Assembly (NCBI GenBank): GCA_049667605.1
Contig: JBATIF010000240.1
Span: 1-62,571 of the forward strand
DNA from: Gammaproteobacteria bacterium
GTDB taxonomy: Bacteria; Pseudomonadota; Gammaproteobacteria; UBA9214
Length of the DNA: 62,571 nucleotides
Reading direction: 5' to 3'
Of this stretch, positions 37,915 to 49,580 are shown piece after piece. The position numbers were made by a program, and so were the translations under genes. The notes under the pieces were generated by a model, which worked only from the letters and a program-made list of their open reading frames with translations, ran no database searches and was not told the DNA's origin. Within the stretch, counting starts at the first letter, position 1. Every line of letters begins with the position of its first letter.

Positions 37915-40224
37915 ATGGTCAGGAAATCGGCTGTTGCGCTAGCACTATTGCTGCTAATAGTGTCTATCCGTCTTAATGCGCTCGGTCTAGGCGAAATAGA
38001 GATGCAATCGTCACTGAACCAGCCGATGAGAGCGGAAATCAGCCTGACTTCCGTTGTCGGCGTGGATACTTCCCAGATCAAGATCGCGCTGGCATCCCGC
38101 GAACAACACGAGCGACTTGGTCTGAGCCGTGCGAAAATCCTCGGTGATTTCAAGTTCGAGGTTGCACAGGATAGCAGTGGCAAGTCGGTCATCAAGGTCA
38201 GTAGTTTTGATCCTGTGCGCGAACCCTATCTTGAATTCCTGCTGGAAATGATCTGGGAAAATGGCCGGATGGTAAGGGAGTACACGGTGCTTGTTGATCC
38301 GCCGGTTACCATGCCGGCAACCCCCGTGGCACCGGTCGCCCCGGTTGTGCAGGCGCCAGCCGTTGTGCCGCCCCGCATTGAACCGGCCAGGCAGGCAGCC
38401 CCGGTCGCGAAGACCTCACCCACCACCTACAGACCGGCACCTGTCAGGCAAAAGAGGGCAAATACCTACGGCAAGGTCCGGCGTGAAGAAGCCCTGTGGG
38501 GTATAGCGGTAAAATTGCGCCCGGATTCCGATATCAGCATTCAACAAATGATGATTGCGCTGCTGCGGGCCAATCCGGAGGCCTTTACGGACAACAACAT
38601 CAATAACCTGAAGGCGGGCAGCACGCTAACGGTTCCGGACCGGGAGGCAATTCTCGCCCTGAGCACGAACCAGGCACGCGCCGAGGCCACGCGCCAGTAT
38701 GACGAATGGCTTGATAAGCGTAATGCCGCCAGAATTGCAACAAGGGAGACGCCTGCGGTTGAGGAACGAGCGGCGCAAGAAGAGCCGCTTGTGGAAATGC
38801 CGGCCACGCCGGCTGAGACTGTCGTCATGACCGAAGCCCAGCTGAAATTAACAGCGCCGGAAGGTGAGCCAGTGGCGGGCTCGGCAACGACCAGTGGCGA
38901 GACAGGTGATCCGGGTTCGGAATCAGCCGGAGATGACGCTATCCGCCGGCAACTTGCACTGGCAGCGGAAGAGATTGAAGCCGGCAAGGCCAAGGCAGAA
39001 GAACTGCAGTCCCGTGTGCTCGAACTGGAAGCGACTATCAAGCGAATGGAACGCCTGCTCGAGTTGAAGAGTGATTCACTCGCCAGCCTGCAAAATAACG
39101 TAGACAGCCCGGTCGCGGAAACAGCTGTCATCGATGAGGTTGAAGTGCCCGCCGATGAAACAGAACAATCAGCTGCAACCGGCAGCGATGAGGAAATGGC
39201 TGGTGCTACGAAAACCATCGATGTGACCGAAACGGAAGATGTAACTCCTGAAGACATGGCAGCTGTTGAAGCCGGGGATGCCGCTGAGGCAGAATCGCCT
39301 GTCAGTGAAACAGGGGGGATTGTCAACAGGATTATGGATAACCCGGTACTTGCCGGGCTTGGGGTTCTGGTTGCCATGTTGCTTGGCGGGTTCCTCTGGG
39401 GTGCCACGCGCCAGCGCAAAAGTCAGGGTATGTTTGACGATGAGCAGACGCTCGACAAACAACTTGCTGCAGCTGGCGAAGATGCATCCAAACCGGATAA
39501 ACCGGCAATCACGATCAGTGATCCGGGTACCTTCTCTGAAGACAGCCACGATGCCCTGCAGGAAGTTTCGTCCGAGGTTGCCAATGACCCGATCACCGAG
39601 GCCGATGTCTACCTGGCTTACGGGCGTGTACACCAGGCAGAGGATGTGCTGCAGGTGGCATTAAAGGAGGATCCGGATAACATTGCTCTACGCGCCAAGC
39701 TGCTGGAAGTATTTCATGCGGCCGGCAATGTCGCGGCGTTTAATATCGCCGCGAACGAATACAGGGAGTTGGCGCCGGAAGATGACGGCAAGTGGAACAG
39801 CATTGCTGCAATGGGTTACGAACTCTCACCGGGTAATGAGCTCTACACCTCGGCGAAGCAGCTTGCTGGCGACACCGGCGAGACGGTCGATTTTGATATG
39901 GATTTGTCCGGACTGGATGATATGGCCTCCCAGTCCAGTACAAGTGAGGATGACGACGACCTTGCTTTGGACATGGATGCGGAGACCAGTGAAGGTTCCG
40001 GAAGCCTTGAGTTTAGCCTGGATGATAGCGGCGAGGAGGATGAGGCACAGGGAGAAGGATTGCTGGCAAGCACAGATGAAGTAGCCACAAAACTGGACCT
40101 GGCACGAGCCTATCTCGATATGGAAGATCCGGAAGGTGCCCGCAGTATTCTGCAGGAAGTAATTGAAGAGGGCAGCGCGGAACAGAAAAGCGAGGCAGAG
40201 TCCCTTATTTCCAATATTGTCTGA
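37915..40224 (+). CDS. fimV: FimV/HubP-family polar landmark protein (LysM, acidic repeats, FimV C-terminal domain)
   Basis: Signal/anchor MVRKSAVALALLLLIV is preceded by SD GGGGAG. A LysM-like segment (ALWGIAVKLRP...NNLKAGSTLTVPD), a central TM helix and a highly acidic region follow. The C-terminal motif is KLDLARAYLDMEDPEGARSILQEVI. Confidence 0.85.
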   Translation: MVRKSAVALALLLLIVSIRLNALGLGEIEMQSSLNQPMRAEISLTSVVGVDTSQIKIALASREQHERLGLSRAKILGDFKFEVAQDSSGKSVIKVSSFDPVREPYLEFLLEMIWENGRMVREYTVLVDPPVTMPATPVAPVAPVVQAPAVVPPRIEPARQAAPVAKTSPTTYRPAPVRQKRANTYGKVRREEALWGIAVKLRPDSDISIQQMMIALLRANPEAFTDNNINNLKAGSTLTVPDREAILALSTNQARAEATRQYDEWLDKRNAARIATRETPAVEERAAQEEPLVEMPATPAETVVMTEAQLKLTAPEGEPVAGSATTSGETGDPGSESAGDDAIRRQLALAAEEIEAGKAKAEELQSRVLELEATIKRMERLLELKSDSLASLQNNVDSPVAETAVIDEVEVPADETEQSAATGSDEEMAGATKTIDVTETEDVTPEDMAAVEAGDAAEAESPVSETGGIVNRIMDNPVLAGLGVLVAMLLGGFLWGATRQRKSQGMFDDEQTLDKQLAAAGEDASKPDKPAITISDPGTFSEDSHDALQEVSSEVANDPITEADVYLAYGRVHQAEDVLQVALKEDPDNIALRAKLLEVFHAAGNVAAFNIAANEYRELAPEDDGKWNSIAAMGYELSPGNELYTSAKQLAGDTGETVDFDMDLSGLDDMASQSSTSEDDDDLALDMDAETSEGSGSLEFSLDDSGEEDEAQGEGLLASTDEVATKLDLARAYLDMEDPEGARSILQEVIEEGSAEQKSEAESLISNIV

Positions 40225-40894
40225 AATCCATCCCCTGATCCGGGTAGTCACCTTACTGCTGTTTTCTGCAGGAACTTCACTCGCACGACCGACCCTGCTT
40301 GTCGCTGGCCTCATTCTGCTCGGCGCAACTTACCTGCTGAACCGGTTTCCAGCCATGGGCAGCCTGCTGGCCATGCTGAAGCGATTACGCTGGCTGATGC
40401 TGGCGATATTGCTGGTCTATGGATGGTGGACGCCAGGTGAGCCATTGTTCCCGGCTGCAGCAATGTTTTCACCGACTATCGAAGGCTTGCAACTGGGCGC
40501 CATTCGCATGCTGGTACTGGCCATCATTGTCGCCGCGGTACACCTGCTGCTGCAGACAACTGCGCGCGAGCAGTTACTTGCAGCCCTGATGCAGCTGTTT
40601 ACCCCGTTCAGTTCCCGTAGCTTCAGGGAACGCATTGCCGTACGCATTCTCCTGTCCATGGAGGCTGTCAGCCGGATGCGGCCGCTGCTGCAAAGCACGC
40701 TGTCCGCGCATAGCGCAACAAGTCGAAACCTTTCAGGTGCGGGTATTGCTGCCGCCGGTATATACAGCGCAGTACTCGAAGCGGCTGACCAGGAAAAATG
40801 CAATCCTATCAGCATGACGGAGGCGCCACTGCCGGCACTGTGGCAATGGTTTATCCCCCTGTTGCTGGGCGCGGCTATTGTCCTGCTGTTCTGA
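40163..40894 (+). CDS. EcfT/CbiQ-like transmembrane protein (orphan T-component-like)
   Basis: It has multiple TM helices and CbiQ-like landmarks (EIHPLIRVVTLLLF; TIEGLQLGAIRMLVL...LLLQTTAREQLLAALMQLFTPF; RERIAVRILLSMEAVSRM). The track start is a TTG at 40163 with AGGAAG upstream, overlapping fimV by 62 nt. An alternative TTG lies at 40217. No ATPase partner is adjacent. Confidence 0.55.
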   Translation: MKRAARNRKARQSPLFPILSEIHPLIRVVTLLLFSAGTSLARPTLLVAGLILLGATYLLNRFPAMGSLLAMLKRLRWLMLAILLVYGWWTPGEPLFPAAAMFSPTIEGLQLGAIRMLVLAIIVAAVHLLLQTTAREQLLAALMQLFTPFSSRSFRERIAVRILLSMEAVSRMRPLLQSTLSAHSATSRNLSGAGIAAAGIYSAVLEAADQEKCNPISMTEAPLPALWQWFIPLLLGAAIVLLF

Positions 40895-41002
40895 TCCAGC
40901 GCTTTACATCTGCTGTCAGTTCAACAAGAGGAATTTCATTTGATATGCGTACTGATTCACCTAAACCAGGGCTGATCGGCAATATCAGTGACGTAAACTG
41001 AG

Positions 41003-41782
41003 ATGCGTCTTGCTTTCGGCGTTGAATACGATGGCTCGGGCTTTTTCGGCTGGCAGCGCCAGCTGGGTCAGCGTACGGTGCAGGGGAGTGTTGAAGAGGC
41101 GCTCTCGAAGGTGGCGAATCAGGAAATTTCGGTGGTTTGTGCCGGCAGGACGGATACCGGTGTGCATGCGACCGGCCAGGTAATCCATGTTGACACGGAT
41201 GCAGTCCGGAATGGCAGGGGCTGGATACGCGGTACCAATTCAAATTTGCCCGCTGACGTTCGTCTGCATTGGGTTGCGGAGATGAATGCTGAATTTCACG
41301 CGCGTTTCTCGGCCCATCGGCGGCATTATCGCTATATTATCCATAATCGGGCAACGGCCTCGGCACTGTTGAGGAACCGTACCTGCCGGGAATATGCACA
41401 ACTTGATGATGCGCGTATGAGACTGGCGGCGGCGTGTCTGCTCGGGGAGCATGATTTCACTTCCTTCAGGGCGGCAGCCTGCCAGGCGAGCAGCCCGGTA
41501 AGGAATATTTACCGGCTCGAGGTCACGCGCAACGGGGATTTTGTCTACATCGACATCGTCGCTAACGCCTTTCTGCACCACATGGTCCGCTGTATAGCCG
41601 GAGTTCTGCTGGCAATCGGGCGCGGCGAGCGGCTACCTGGCTGGATTTCGGAGTTGATAGCAGCCCGGGACCGGACCCTGGCGGGGGTTAATGCCCCGGC
41701 AGCAGGTTTATATCTCGTCACGGTGGAGTACCCTGAACACTTCAACGTGCCAGCGGCAGGCTGGATGCCGGTTTGCGGATGA
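41003..41782 (+). CDS. truA: tRNA pseudouridine(38-40) synthase
   Basis: MRLAFGVEYDGSGFFGWQRQ and the catalytic GRTDTGVHA are present. Confidence 0.93.
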   Translation: MRLAFGVEYDGSGFFGWQRQLGQRTVQGSVEEALSKVANQEISVVCAGRTDTGVHATGQVIHVDTDAVRNGRGWIRGTNSNLPADVRLHWVAEMNAEFHARFSAHRRHYRYIIHNRATASALLRNRTCREYAQLDDARMRLAAACLLGEHDFTSFRAAACQASSPVRNIYRLEVTRNGDFVYIDIVANAFLHHMVRCIAGVLLAIGRGERLPGWISELIAARDRTLAGVNAPAAGLYLVTVEYPEHFNVPAAGWMPVCG

Positions 41783-41864
41783 TCCCCGCTGCTAATGTCC
41801 GCATACACCCGGGTTTCTGTTACATTTGTATCGAAGTGTTTAGTAACAGGGTTGACTGGCAGGC

Positions 41865-42500
41865 ATGCGTACTCGTGTAAAAATCTGTGGCATTACCCGT
41901 GAACAGGATGCCCGTTTTGCGGTAGCAAGCGGGGTCGATGCGATTGGCCTGGTTTTTTACCCGCAGAGTCCGCGCTATGTCGGCATCGAGCAGGCGCACA
42001 AGATTGCCCGGGCGATTGAACCATTTGTAAGTCTTGTCGGTCTGTTCGTTAACGCAGCCCCCGCTGATATTCGTGCCGTGACGGCGGCTGTACCCCTCGC
42101 CTTGTTGCAGTTTCATGGCCAGGAAAAAAACGCAGACTGCACTGGATTTGGGCTGCCATTTATTAAATCAATCCCCATGAGGAGCGAAACCGATTTATTA
42201 TCAGAGGTGGCGCAATTCCCGGATGCAAGCGGGTTCCTGCTTGATACTTATCAACCGGATACGCATGGTGGCGGTGGAAAATCATTTGACTGGCAACAGG
42301 TGCCGGCAATGCATGATGTGCCGCTGATACTTGCCGGCGGCCTGGCAGCGGAAAATGTTGCCCTGGCCATAAGGACGGTGAGGCCATATGCCGTTGATGT
42401 CAGCAGCGGCGTTGAAAGTGCCAGCGGCATTAAATCCGCAGACAGGATTCAGGCATTCATGACAGGAGTACAGCAAAGTGGAACAGAGACAGGCAGTTGA
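41865..42500 (+). CDS. trpF: N-(5'-phosphoribosyl)anthranilate isomerase
   Basis: The [17 protein letters not shown]-terminus is present. The gene lies upstream of trpB and trpA. Confidence 0.9.
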   Translation: MRTRVKICGITREQDARFAVASGVDAIGLVFYPQSPRYVGIEQAHKIARAIEPFVSLVGLFVNAAPADIRAVTAAVPLALLQFHGQEKNADCTGFGLPFIKSIPMRSETDLLSEVAQFPDASGFLLDTYQPDTHGGGGKSFDWQQVPAMHDVPLILAGGLAAENVALAIRTVRPYAVDVSSGVESASGIKSADRIQAFMTGVQQSGTETGS

Positions 42501-43707
42501 TACCAAAGCGGCCAGTGCACCATTGCCGGACGAGCGCGGGCATTTTGGTGCCTATGGTGGACAATATGTGGCCGAGACGCTGATGTTACCGCTGGATGAA
42601 TTAAACCGTGCCTATGAAAAATATCTGCAGGACCCGGAATTTCTCGCTGAACTTGATGACGATCTGAAGAATTTTGTTGGCCGTCCATCGCCGCTTTATT
42701 TCGCAAAACGCCTGACCAATGAAGCCGGCGGGGCACGGATCTACCTGAAGCGTGAAGACCTCAATCACACCGGCGCACACAAGATTAACAATACCGTCGG
42801 CCAGGCCCTGCTGGCGAAGCGGATGGGCAAGACGCGGATAATTGCAGAAACCGGGGCTGGTCAGCACGGCGTTGCCTCGGCCACGGTAGCGGCCCGTCTC
42901 GGTATGCCATGCGTTGTATACATGGGTGCGGAAGACATCAAACGCCAGGCGATAAATGTTTTTCGCATGCGCCTGCTGGGTGCCGAGGTGGTGTCGGTGG
43001 AATCCGGCTCCAGAACACTCAAGGATGCGCTCAACGAGGCGCTGCGAGACTGGGTTACCAATGTTGATGACACTTTTTACATTATCGGCACGGTTGCCGG
43101 CCCGCATCCCTATCCTGCCATGGTGCGTGATTTCCAGGCTGTCATCGGGCGCGAGACGCGCGAGCAGATCATGGAGCAGGCCGGGCGTTTGCCGGATGCG
43201 CTGGTTGCCTGTGTCGGCGGCGGTTCAAATGCCATTGGCCTGTTTCATCCCTTCATCAACGATGAGTCGGTGGAATTGCATGGTGTCGAGGCCGGTGGCG
43301 ATGGACTGGAGACCGGTCGGCATGCTGCGCCGTTGTGTGCCGGAAAATCCGGCGTTCTCCACGGCAATCGTACCTACCTGATGGAGGACAGTGACGGCCA
43401 GATCATTGAAACCCATTCGATCTCGGCCGGTCTGGATTACCCGGGGGTGGGTCCTGAACATGCCTGGCTGAAGGATAGTGGTCGTGCTACTTATGCAGCG
43501 ATTACAGATACCGAGGCCATGAAGGCCTTTCACCAGCTGACCCGGATCGAAGGCATCATGCCGGCCCTCGAGACCGCTCATGCGCTGGCCTATGCAACCA
43601 GGCTGGCGGCCGGCATGGACAAGGAGCAGATTATTGTGGTTAACCTGTCCGGCCGCGGCGACAAGGATGTACAGACTGTTGCTGCCTTGGAAGGTATCAG
43701 GATATGA
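42478..43707 (+). CDS. trpB: Tryptophan synthase beta chain
   Basis: It has the PLP-Lys motif HTGAHKINN and GGGSNAIG. The GTG start overlaps trpF by 23 nt. Confidence 0.95.
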   Translation: MEQRQAVDTKAASAPLPDERGHFGAYGGQYVAETLMLPLDELNRAYEKYLQDPEFLAELDDDLKNFVGRPSPLYFAKRLTNEAGGARIYLKREDLNHTGAHKINNTVGQALLAKRMGKTRIIAETGAGQHGVASATVAARLGMPCVVYMGAEDIKRQAINVFRMRLLGAEVVSVESGSRTLKDALNEALRDWVTNVDDTFYIIGTVAGPHPYPAMVRDFQAVIGRETREQIMEQAGRLPDALVACVGGGSNAIGLFHPFINDESVELHGVEAGGDGLETGRHAAPLCAGKSGVLHGNRTYLMEDSDGQIIETHSISAGLDYPGVGPEHAWLKDSGRATYAAITDTEAMKAFHQLTRIEGIMPALETAHALAYATRLAAGMDKEQIIVVNLSGRGDKDVQTVAALEGIRI

Positions 43708-44516
43708 GTCGTATCACTGCACGATTTGCCGAGCTGAAAAAGCACAAGCGCAAGGCACTGGTCCCCTACGTGACAGCGGGTGACCCTCAGCCGGATGTCA
43801 CGGTGCCGGCGTTGCATGCGATGGTCGAGGCCGGTGCTGACATTCTCGAGATCGGGGTGCCGTTCTCCGATCCAATGGCCGACGGGCCGGTCATTCAGGC
43901 GGCGTGTGAGCGGGCGCTTGCACATCACGTCACCCTGCACCAGGTACTCGATATGGTCAGGGAATTTCGTCGCAAGGATTCCGCCACACCCGTTATTCTG
44001 ATGGGCTATCTCAACCCGATAGAAGTATGGGGCTACAGTGAATTTGCCCAGGCAGCGGGTGAGGCAGGTGTCGATGGCGTGTTGACGGTAGATATGCCCC
44101 CGGAAGAGGCCGGCGAGCTGGGGGTGCAGCTGCGGGCTAATGGTATCGATATCATCTTCCTGCTGGCCCCGACGAGTGGTATCGAGCGGATCAAAAAAGT
44201 GGCTGCCATCGCGAGCGGCTTCATCTATTACGTATCGTTCAAGGGTGTTACCGGTGCCAACAGTCTGGATGCTGATGCTGTAGCCAAAAAACTCGCTGAA
44301 GTGCGGCAATACACGCAGTTGCCGCTTGGGGTGGGTTTTGGCATCCGTGACCCTGAAACTGCGGCACAAATTGCCAAAATTGCAGATGCCGTGGTGGTGG
44401 GCAGCGTCCTGGTCAGCAAGATAGCCAAACTTGCCGGTAGTCCCGAGTCGATCCCTGCAACCCTGGCATCCAGCGTCGCTGAATTACGCGCGGCAATCGA
44501 TCAAGCCGTCTCCTGA
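43704..44516 (+). CDS. trpA: Tryptophan synthase alpha chain
   Basis: [18 protein letters not shown] is present. The gene overlaps the trpB stop by 4 nt. Confidence 0.95.
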   Translation: MSRITARFAELKKHKRKALVPYVTAGDPQPDVTVPALHAMVEAGADILEIGVPFSDPMADGPVIQAACERALAHHVTLHQVLDMVREFRRKDSATPVILMGYLNPIEVWGYSEFAQAAGEAGVDGVLTVDMPPEEAGELGVQLRANGIDIIFLLAPTSGIERIKKVAAIASGFIYYVSFKGVTGANSLDADAVAKKLAEVRQYTQLPLGVGFGIRDPETAAQIAKIADAVVVGSVLVSKIAKLAGSPESIPATLASSVAELRAAIDQAVS

Positions 44517-44573
44517 CAGTCTGTTCCGAAGCTTGGTTTATACTCGATCATTTAAACAGGTAAGATACATAAC

Positions 44574-45440
44574 ATGAGCTGGTTCAGTAAGTTAATGCCT
44601 TCAAAAATTCGCACTGTTGGCGGTAACAAACGCACAGTACCGGAAGGCCTGTGGATAAAGTGCAATGGCTGTAGTGCAGTCCTTTATCGTTCCGAACTGG
44701 AACGCAATCTTGATGTCTGTCCGAAATGCAGTTACCACATAAGAATCGGCGGGCGAAGGCGTCTCGAGATGTTTCTTGATGAGTCGTCCGGCAATGAAAT
44801 TTCTGCCGGGCTGGAGCCTGTTGATGTGCTCAAGTTCAAGGACAGCAAAAAATACCGTGACCGGTTGGTCGCTGCCCAGAAGGAGACGGGTGAGACAGAT
44901 GCCCTGATTGCCATGCAAGGTACGCTGTATGGGTTGCCGGTGGTTGCCCTGGCCTTTGAATTCAGGTTCATGGGTGGCTCCATGGGTGCCGTGGTTGGCG
45001 AGCGTTTTGTACGCGCAGCCGAGATATCCCTCAAGGAAAAAAAGCCGCTGATCTGTTTTTCCGCAAGCGGTGGTGCACGTATGCAGGAAGCGCTGTTTTC
45101 CCTGATGCAAATGGCCAAGACCAGTGCAGCGCTGGGGCGTTTGTCGGCTGCCGGGATACCCTTTGTCTCGGTACTGACCGATCCAACGATGGGCGGCGTT
45201 TCGGCGAGTTTTGCCATGCTGGGGGATATCAATATCGCCGAGCCCAGGGCATTGATAGGTTTTGCAGGGCCGCGGGTCATCGAACAAACTGTACGCGAGA
45301 CACTCCCGGAAGGATTTCAACGCAGTGAATTTCTGCTCGAGCACGGGGCTATCGATATGATCGTTGATCGCAGGGAAATGCGTGCAAGGATCGCGAACGT
45401 ACTCTGTATCCTGACAGGGACGGCGGCCACGGCCAGCTAA
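44574..45440 (+). CDS. accD: Acetyl-CoA carboxylase carboxyltransferase beta subunit
   Basis: It has an N-terminal Zn ribbon (CNGC...CPKC) and a carboxyltransferase domain ([10 protein letters not shown]). Confidence 0.95.
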   Translation: MSWFSKLMPSKIRTVGGNKRTVPEGLWIKCNGCSAVLYRSELERNLDVCPKCSYHIRIGGRRRLEMFLDESSGNEISAGLEPVDVLKFKDSKKYRDRLVAAQKETGETDALIAMQGTLYGLPVVALAFEFRFMGGSMGAVVGERFVRAAEISLKEKKPLICFSASGGARMQEALFSLMQMAKTSAALGRLSAAGIPFVSVLTDPTMGGVSASFAMLGDINIAEPRALIGFAGPRVIEQTVRETLPEGFQRSEFLLEHGAIDMIVDRREMRARIANVLCILTGTAATAS

Positions 45441-45495
45441 CAGCTAACGTGCCGGGATAGCCGGTGTCATATCAGTAATTCACGGTAAACTCCGT

Positions 45496-46761
45496 ATGCC
45501 GCGTTTTCAAACATTGGCCGACTGGCTTGGCTGGCAGGAAGACCTGCATCCGAAGAAGATAGATCTCGGGCTCGAAAGGGTTGCCATGGTGGCGGGCCGT
45601 CTCGGTATCCTGCAGCTGGAGCAAACCGTTATTACGGTTGCCGGAACCAATGGCAAGGGTTCAAGTGTGGCATTGCTGGAGAGTATTCTTTCTGCTGGCG
45701 GATACCGCGTCGGCACCTATACCTCTCCCCACCTGTTTCGCTATAACGAACGCATTCGTATGAACGGCCATGAAGTAGATGATGGCGCGCTCTGTGATGC
45801 CTTTGCCGCGGTGGACGAGGCACGTGGCACAAGCTCACTCTCTTATTTTGAATTCGGGACACTGGCAGCCCTGCAGCTGTTCAGCCAGGCACCGCTGGAT
45901 ATCGTGGTGCTGGAAGTCGGCCTGGGCGGACGGCTTGACGCTGTCAACATCATCGATGCCAGTGTCGCTCTGGTTACATCGATTGATATTGATCACTGCG
46001 CCTGGCTGGGAACAGACCGTGAATCCATTGGTGCCGAAAAGGCCGGGGTATTTCGCAGCAACCGTCCGGCCATCTGTTCGGATCCGGCACCACCAGCCAG
46101 CGTGGAGAAACATGCACTGCAGATTGGTGCCGACTGGTATTGCCTGGGGCAGGCCTATGACTATGAGGAAGCAGCAGGCGGGTGGATCTGGCGAGGTGCC
46201 GGCCGCACCCTGGAGGCATTGCCTTACCCGTCGCTGCCCGGCAAGCATCAGCTGAATAATGCAGCGGGCGTTTTAATGGTGCTGGAATTGTTGGCCGGTC
46301 AACATCCCGTGACCAGGGCCGCTATCGAGCAGGGATTGCAGTCTGTCAGTTTGCCGGGACGTTGCCAGGTGGTTGCCGGTTTGGTCGAACAAATCTTTGA
46401 TGTTGCGCATAATACAGACAGCGCGAGTCGCCTGTTGCAGGTGCTTGAGGACAGGCCCTGTTCGGGCAGTACGCGGCTTGTTCTGGGTATGCTGGATGAC
46501 AAGCAAGCCGGCGAGTTTGCATCCTGCCTGGCCCCGGCAGTTGACCACTGGTACCTGGCGGGGCTTGATAGTGAACGTGGTTTATCGGCACGGGCATTGC
46601 TGGAACAGGTCGAGAACGCTGGTATCCGCGGCGAAAAGCGGAATTTCCAGGACGTTCATTCAGCCTGGCGGCAGGCGCACAGGGATTCGGCAGCCGGCGA
46701 CCGGATCGTGGTCTGTGGCTCTTTTTTGACCGTGGCAGAGGCCTTGTCATCTCCTGTATAG
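45496..46761 (+). CDS. folC: Bifunctional folylpolyglutamate synthase / dihydrofolate synthase
   Basis: It has a Mur-ligase P-loop (AGTNGKGS). It sits in the accD-folC-dedD-cvpA-purF order. Confidence 0.92.
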   Translation: MPRFQTLADWLGWQEDLHPKKIDLGLERVAMVAGRLGILQLEQTVITVAGTNGKGSSVALLESILSAGGYRVGTYTSPHLFRYNERIRMNGHEVDDGALCDAFAAVDEARGTSSLSYFEFGTLAALQLFSQAPLDIVVLEVGLGGRLDAVNIIDASVALVTSIDIDHCAWLGTDRESIGAEKAGVFRSNRPAICSDPAPPASVEKHALQIGADWYCLGQAYDYEEAAGGWIWRGAGRTLEALPYPSLPGKHQLNNAAGVLMVLELLAGQHPVTRAAIEQGLQSVSLPGRCQVVAGLVEQIFDVAHNTDSASRLLQVLEDRPCSGSTRLVLGMLDDKQAGEFASCLAPAVDHWYLAGLDSERGLSARALLEQVENAGIRGEKRNFQDVHSAWRQAHRDSAAGDRIVVCGSFLTVAEALSSPV

Positions 46762-46813
46762 TCTTCGCCATTATTCTGTCCGCCTGGTGACAGGTATTGC
46801 AGCAGTGTAAAAT

Positions 46814-47386
46814 ATGATGGATCAGAATCTTAAACACCGGCTCACGGGAGCAATAGTCCTGGTATCGCTGGCCGTGATATTTATCCCGGTAATCCTGGAA
46901 GGGCCGGATAACGAATGGACCCCGCTGAGTCACGGTATCCCCGAATCGCCGCAACTGGACTACAAGGCACGCATGGATCTGTCGCGTGAGATCGAAACAC
47001 CGGCAGCGGTCAAGCGTAACCTGAAGGTTGAACAAAAACCCGCTTACAAGCTTGCGGAGCCGGTAAGGGCAAAAGCGGCAGCCCCTGTGCCAAAGCCTGA
47101 ACCTCAGCTGGCGGCGCCTGAGAAAACGGCAGTAAAAGCAGAAGCCTTGAGGGGCTGGTATGTACAGGTTGGCAGTTTCTCCAGTGAAAAGAATGCCAGC
47201 AGGCTCAGCAAGCGTCTGCAAACATCCGGCTATGATGCCGTGTTCCAGAAGCTAACCTCAAAAAAGGGTGATCTCTACCGGGTGATTGTGGGGCCGGAGA
47301 GGAGCCGGGAGATAGCTCAACAAGCCCGGGACCAGCTTGCCGATGAATTCAAGTTGCAGGGTATTGTCATCAGTGACCCGGGCTAA
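46814..47386 (+). CDS. dedD: SPOR-domain cell-division protein (DedD-like)
   Basis: It has an N-terminal TM helix, a Pro/Ala/Lys linker and a C-terminal SPOR domain (GWYVQVGSFSSEKNASRL...YRVIVGP). Confidence 0.8.
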   Translation: MMDQNLKHRLTGAIVLVSLAVIFIPVILEGPDNEWTPLSHGIPESPQLDYKARMDLSREIETPAAVKRNLKVEQKPAYKLAEPVRAKAAAPVPKPEPQLAAPEKTAVKAEALRGWYVQVGSFSSEKNASRLSKRLQTSGYDAVFQKLTSKKGDLYRVIVGPERSREIAQQARDQLADEFKLQGIVISDPG

Positions 47387-47494
47387 TCTTCGTGGCGGTG
47401 GCCTCTGTATATCTGGTAAAATGAGCGAGTAAAATTTCTTTATGGAAGTCAGCAGGCGGGACCCGTCCCGGCCTGGAATCTCAGGGGTACGAGT

Positions 47495-47992
47495 ATGGCT
47501 ATGGCCTGGATTGATATAGTAATAATTGCTTTGATTGTGCTATCGGCAATTTTAAGCCTGTTTCGGGGTTTTGTAACCGAGGCGCTCGCTCTGGCAACCT
47601 GGCTGGTTGCTTTCTGGGTGGCCATGACCTTCTACCAGGATCTGGCTGTATGGTTTTCACAGTGGGTGTCGCTGCCTTCTGCGCAGAAGGCGGTTGCATT
47701 TGCCGCGCTGTTTGTCTGTACCTGGGTACTGGGAGCTGTGGTGAATTACCTGGCGGGGAAGCTGGTTGCAAAGACCGGCCTGACAGGCACAGACAGGATG
47801 CTTGGCGTGCTATTCGGGGCGGCACGTGGCGCGGTCATTGTTACGATCCTGGTATTGCTTGCCGGTGTTACGCTGTTGCCGCAGGACCCGTGGTGGCAGG
47901 ATTCACATTTGCTTGGATATTTTGAGGAACTTGCAGTGTGGGTGCGCAATTTTCTGCCGCCCGAGTTCGCTGACAAAATCAACTATGCCTGA
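47495..47992 (+). CDS. cvpA: CvpA family membrane protein (colicin V production protein)
   Basis: 165 aa with 4 TM helices. The N-terminus WIDIVIIALIVLSAILSLFRGFV is present. The gene lies upstream of purF. Confidence 0.88.
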   Translation: MAMAWIDIVIIALIVLSAILSLFRGFVTEALALATWLVAFWVAMTFYQDLAVWFSQWVSLPSAQKAVAFAALFVCTWVLGAVVNYLAGKLVAKTGLTGTDRMLGVLFGAARGAVIVTILVLLAGVTLLPQDPWWQDSHLLGYFEELAVWVRNFLPPEFADKINYA

Positions 47993-48025
47993 TTTCCCGG
48001 GCTGTTAGCTGTGTGAGGTTCAAGT

Positions 48026-49537
48026 ATGTGCGGAATCATCGGGATTGTTGCCCATGAACCGGTTAACCAGTCCATCTATGACGGGCTGACTGTCCTGCAG
48101 CACCGCGGCCAGGATGCCGCGGGGATCATGACCTGTGAAGGTGGCCGACTGCACCTGCGCAAGGACAATGGTCTGGTGCGGGACGTATTTCATACCCGGC
48201 ACATGAAACACTTGCATGGCAACATGGGTATCGGCCACGTCCGTTATCCAACTGCCGGCAGTGAGAGTTCCGCCGAGGCCCAGCCGTTTTATGTCAATTC
48301 CCCTTACGGAATCTGCCTGGCGCACAACGGCAACCTTACCAACACAAACAAGCTCAAGCAGGAACTGTTCCAGGAGGACCTGCGCCAGATCAATACCGAT
48401 TCGGACTCCGAGGTTTTACTGAACGTTTTTGCGCACGAATTGCAGCGACATGCGAAACTGAACATGGACGTTGAGGACTTGTTCAATGCCGTCGCCGGTA
48501 TTTACAGGCGTTGCCGTGGCGCCTTCGCGGCAGTGGCGATGATTACCGGCCATGGAGTTATCGCATTTCGGGATCCGCACGGTATCCGGCCGCTGGTTTA
48601 CGGCAAGCGGGAAACGCCGCGGGGTGTCGAATACATGACCGCCTCGGAGAGTGTTGCCCTCGATGTGCTTGGATTTGAACTGGTTGACGATGTCGCACCG
48701 GGTGAGGCAGTCTTTATCACCACAGATGGCCAGATTCACAAGCGCCAGTGTGCCGAAAACCCGGCTCTCTCGCCCTGTATTTTCGAATTCGTCTACCTGG
48801 CAAGACCCGACTCCATTATCGATAACGTGTCTGTCTACAAGGCTCGCTTGCGGATGGGTGAGAAACTCGCAAAAAAGATACTTCGTGTCCGTCCGGATCA
48901 TGATATCGATGTTGTAATACCGATTCCCGATACCAGTCGTACATCTGCCCTGCAACTTGCCAACACTCTCGGTCTCAAGTACCGCGAAGGTTTTATAAAG
49001 AACCGCTACATTGGCCGGACCTTTATTATGCCGGGACAGCAACAGCGCAAAAAATCAGTGCGTCAGAAACTCAATGTGATCGACCTCGAGTTCCGCGGCA
49101 AGAACGTGTTGCTGGTTGATGATTCTGTTGTACGCGGGACCACGTCATCCCAGATCATTGAAATGGCGCGTGATGCGGGTGCAAACAAGGTCTATTTCGC
49201 TTCGGCCGCACCACCGGTTCGCTATCCCAACGTCTATGGTATCGATATGCCGGTCAGCCATGAACTGATTGCACATGGCCGTACAGAGACTGAAATATGC
49301 GCGGAAATAGGCGCAGACTGGCTGATTTTTCAGGACCTCGATGATTTGATCAGGGCGGTGGAGAAGGGTAACCCGCAGATCAAGCAATTTGACACTTCGG
49401 TATTTACCGGTAAATACGTTACCGGCGATATTGGCAACAAGTACCTGAGCGAGCTTGAGCTGATGCGCAACGACGCCAGCAAAAACGATCGCCGCACGGG
49501 CGATAACGAGGTCATTGATCTTCACAATACGGCATGA
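48026..49537 (+). CDS. purF: Amidophosphoribosyltransferase
   Basis: It has the MCGIIGI N-terminal nucleophile Cys and the PRT motif [13 protein letters not shown]. Confidence 0.95.
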   Translation: MCGIIGIVAHEPVNQSIYDGLTVLQHRGQDAAGIMTCEGGRLHLRKDNGLVRDVFHTRHMKHLHGNMGIGHVRYPTAGSESSAEAQPFYVNSPYGICLAHNGNLTNTNKLKQELFQEDLRQINTDSDSEVLLNVFAHELQRHAKLNMDVEDLFNAVAGIYRRCRGAFAAVAMITGHGVIAFRDPHGIRPLVYGKRETPRGVEYMTASESVALDVLGFELVDDVAPGEAVFITTDGQIHKRQCAENPALSPCIFEFVYLARPDSIIDNVSVYKARLRMGEKLAKKILRVRPDHDIDVVIPIPDTSRTSALQLANTLGLKYREGFIKNRYIGRTFIMPGQQQRKKSVRQKLNVIDLEFRGKNVLLVDDSVVRGTTSSQIIEMARDAGANKVYFASAAPPVRYPNVYGIDMPVSHELIAHGRTETEICAEIGADWLIFQDLDDLIRAVEKGNPQIKQFDTSVFTGKYVTGDIGNKYLSELELMRNDASKNDRRTGDNEVIDLHNTA

Positions 49538-49580
49538 TCTACGGCTGCTGTATTGACAGCAGGATCGTTTCTCACCTAGT

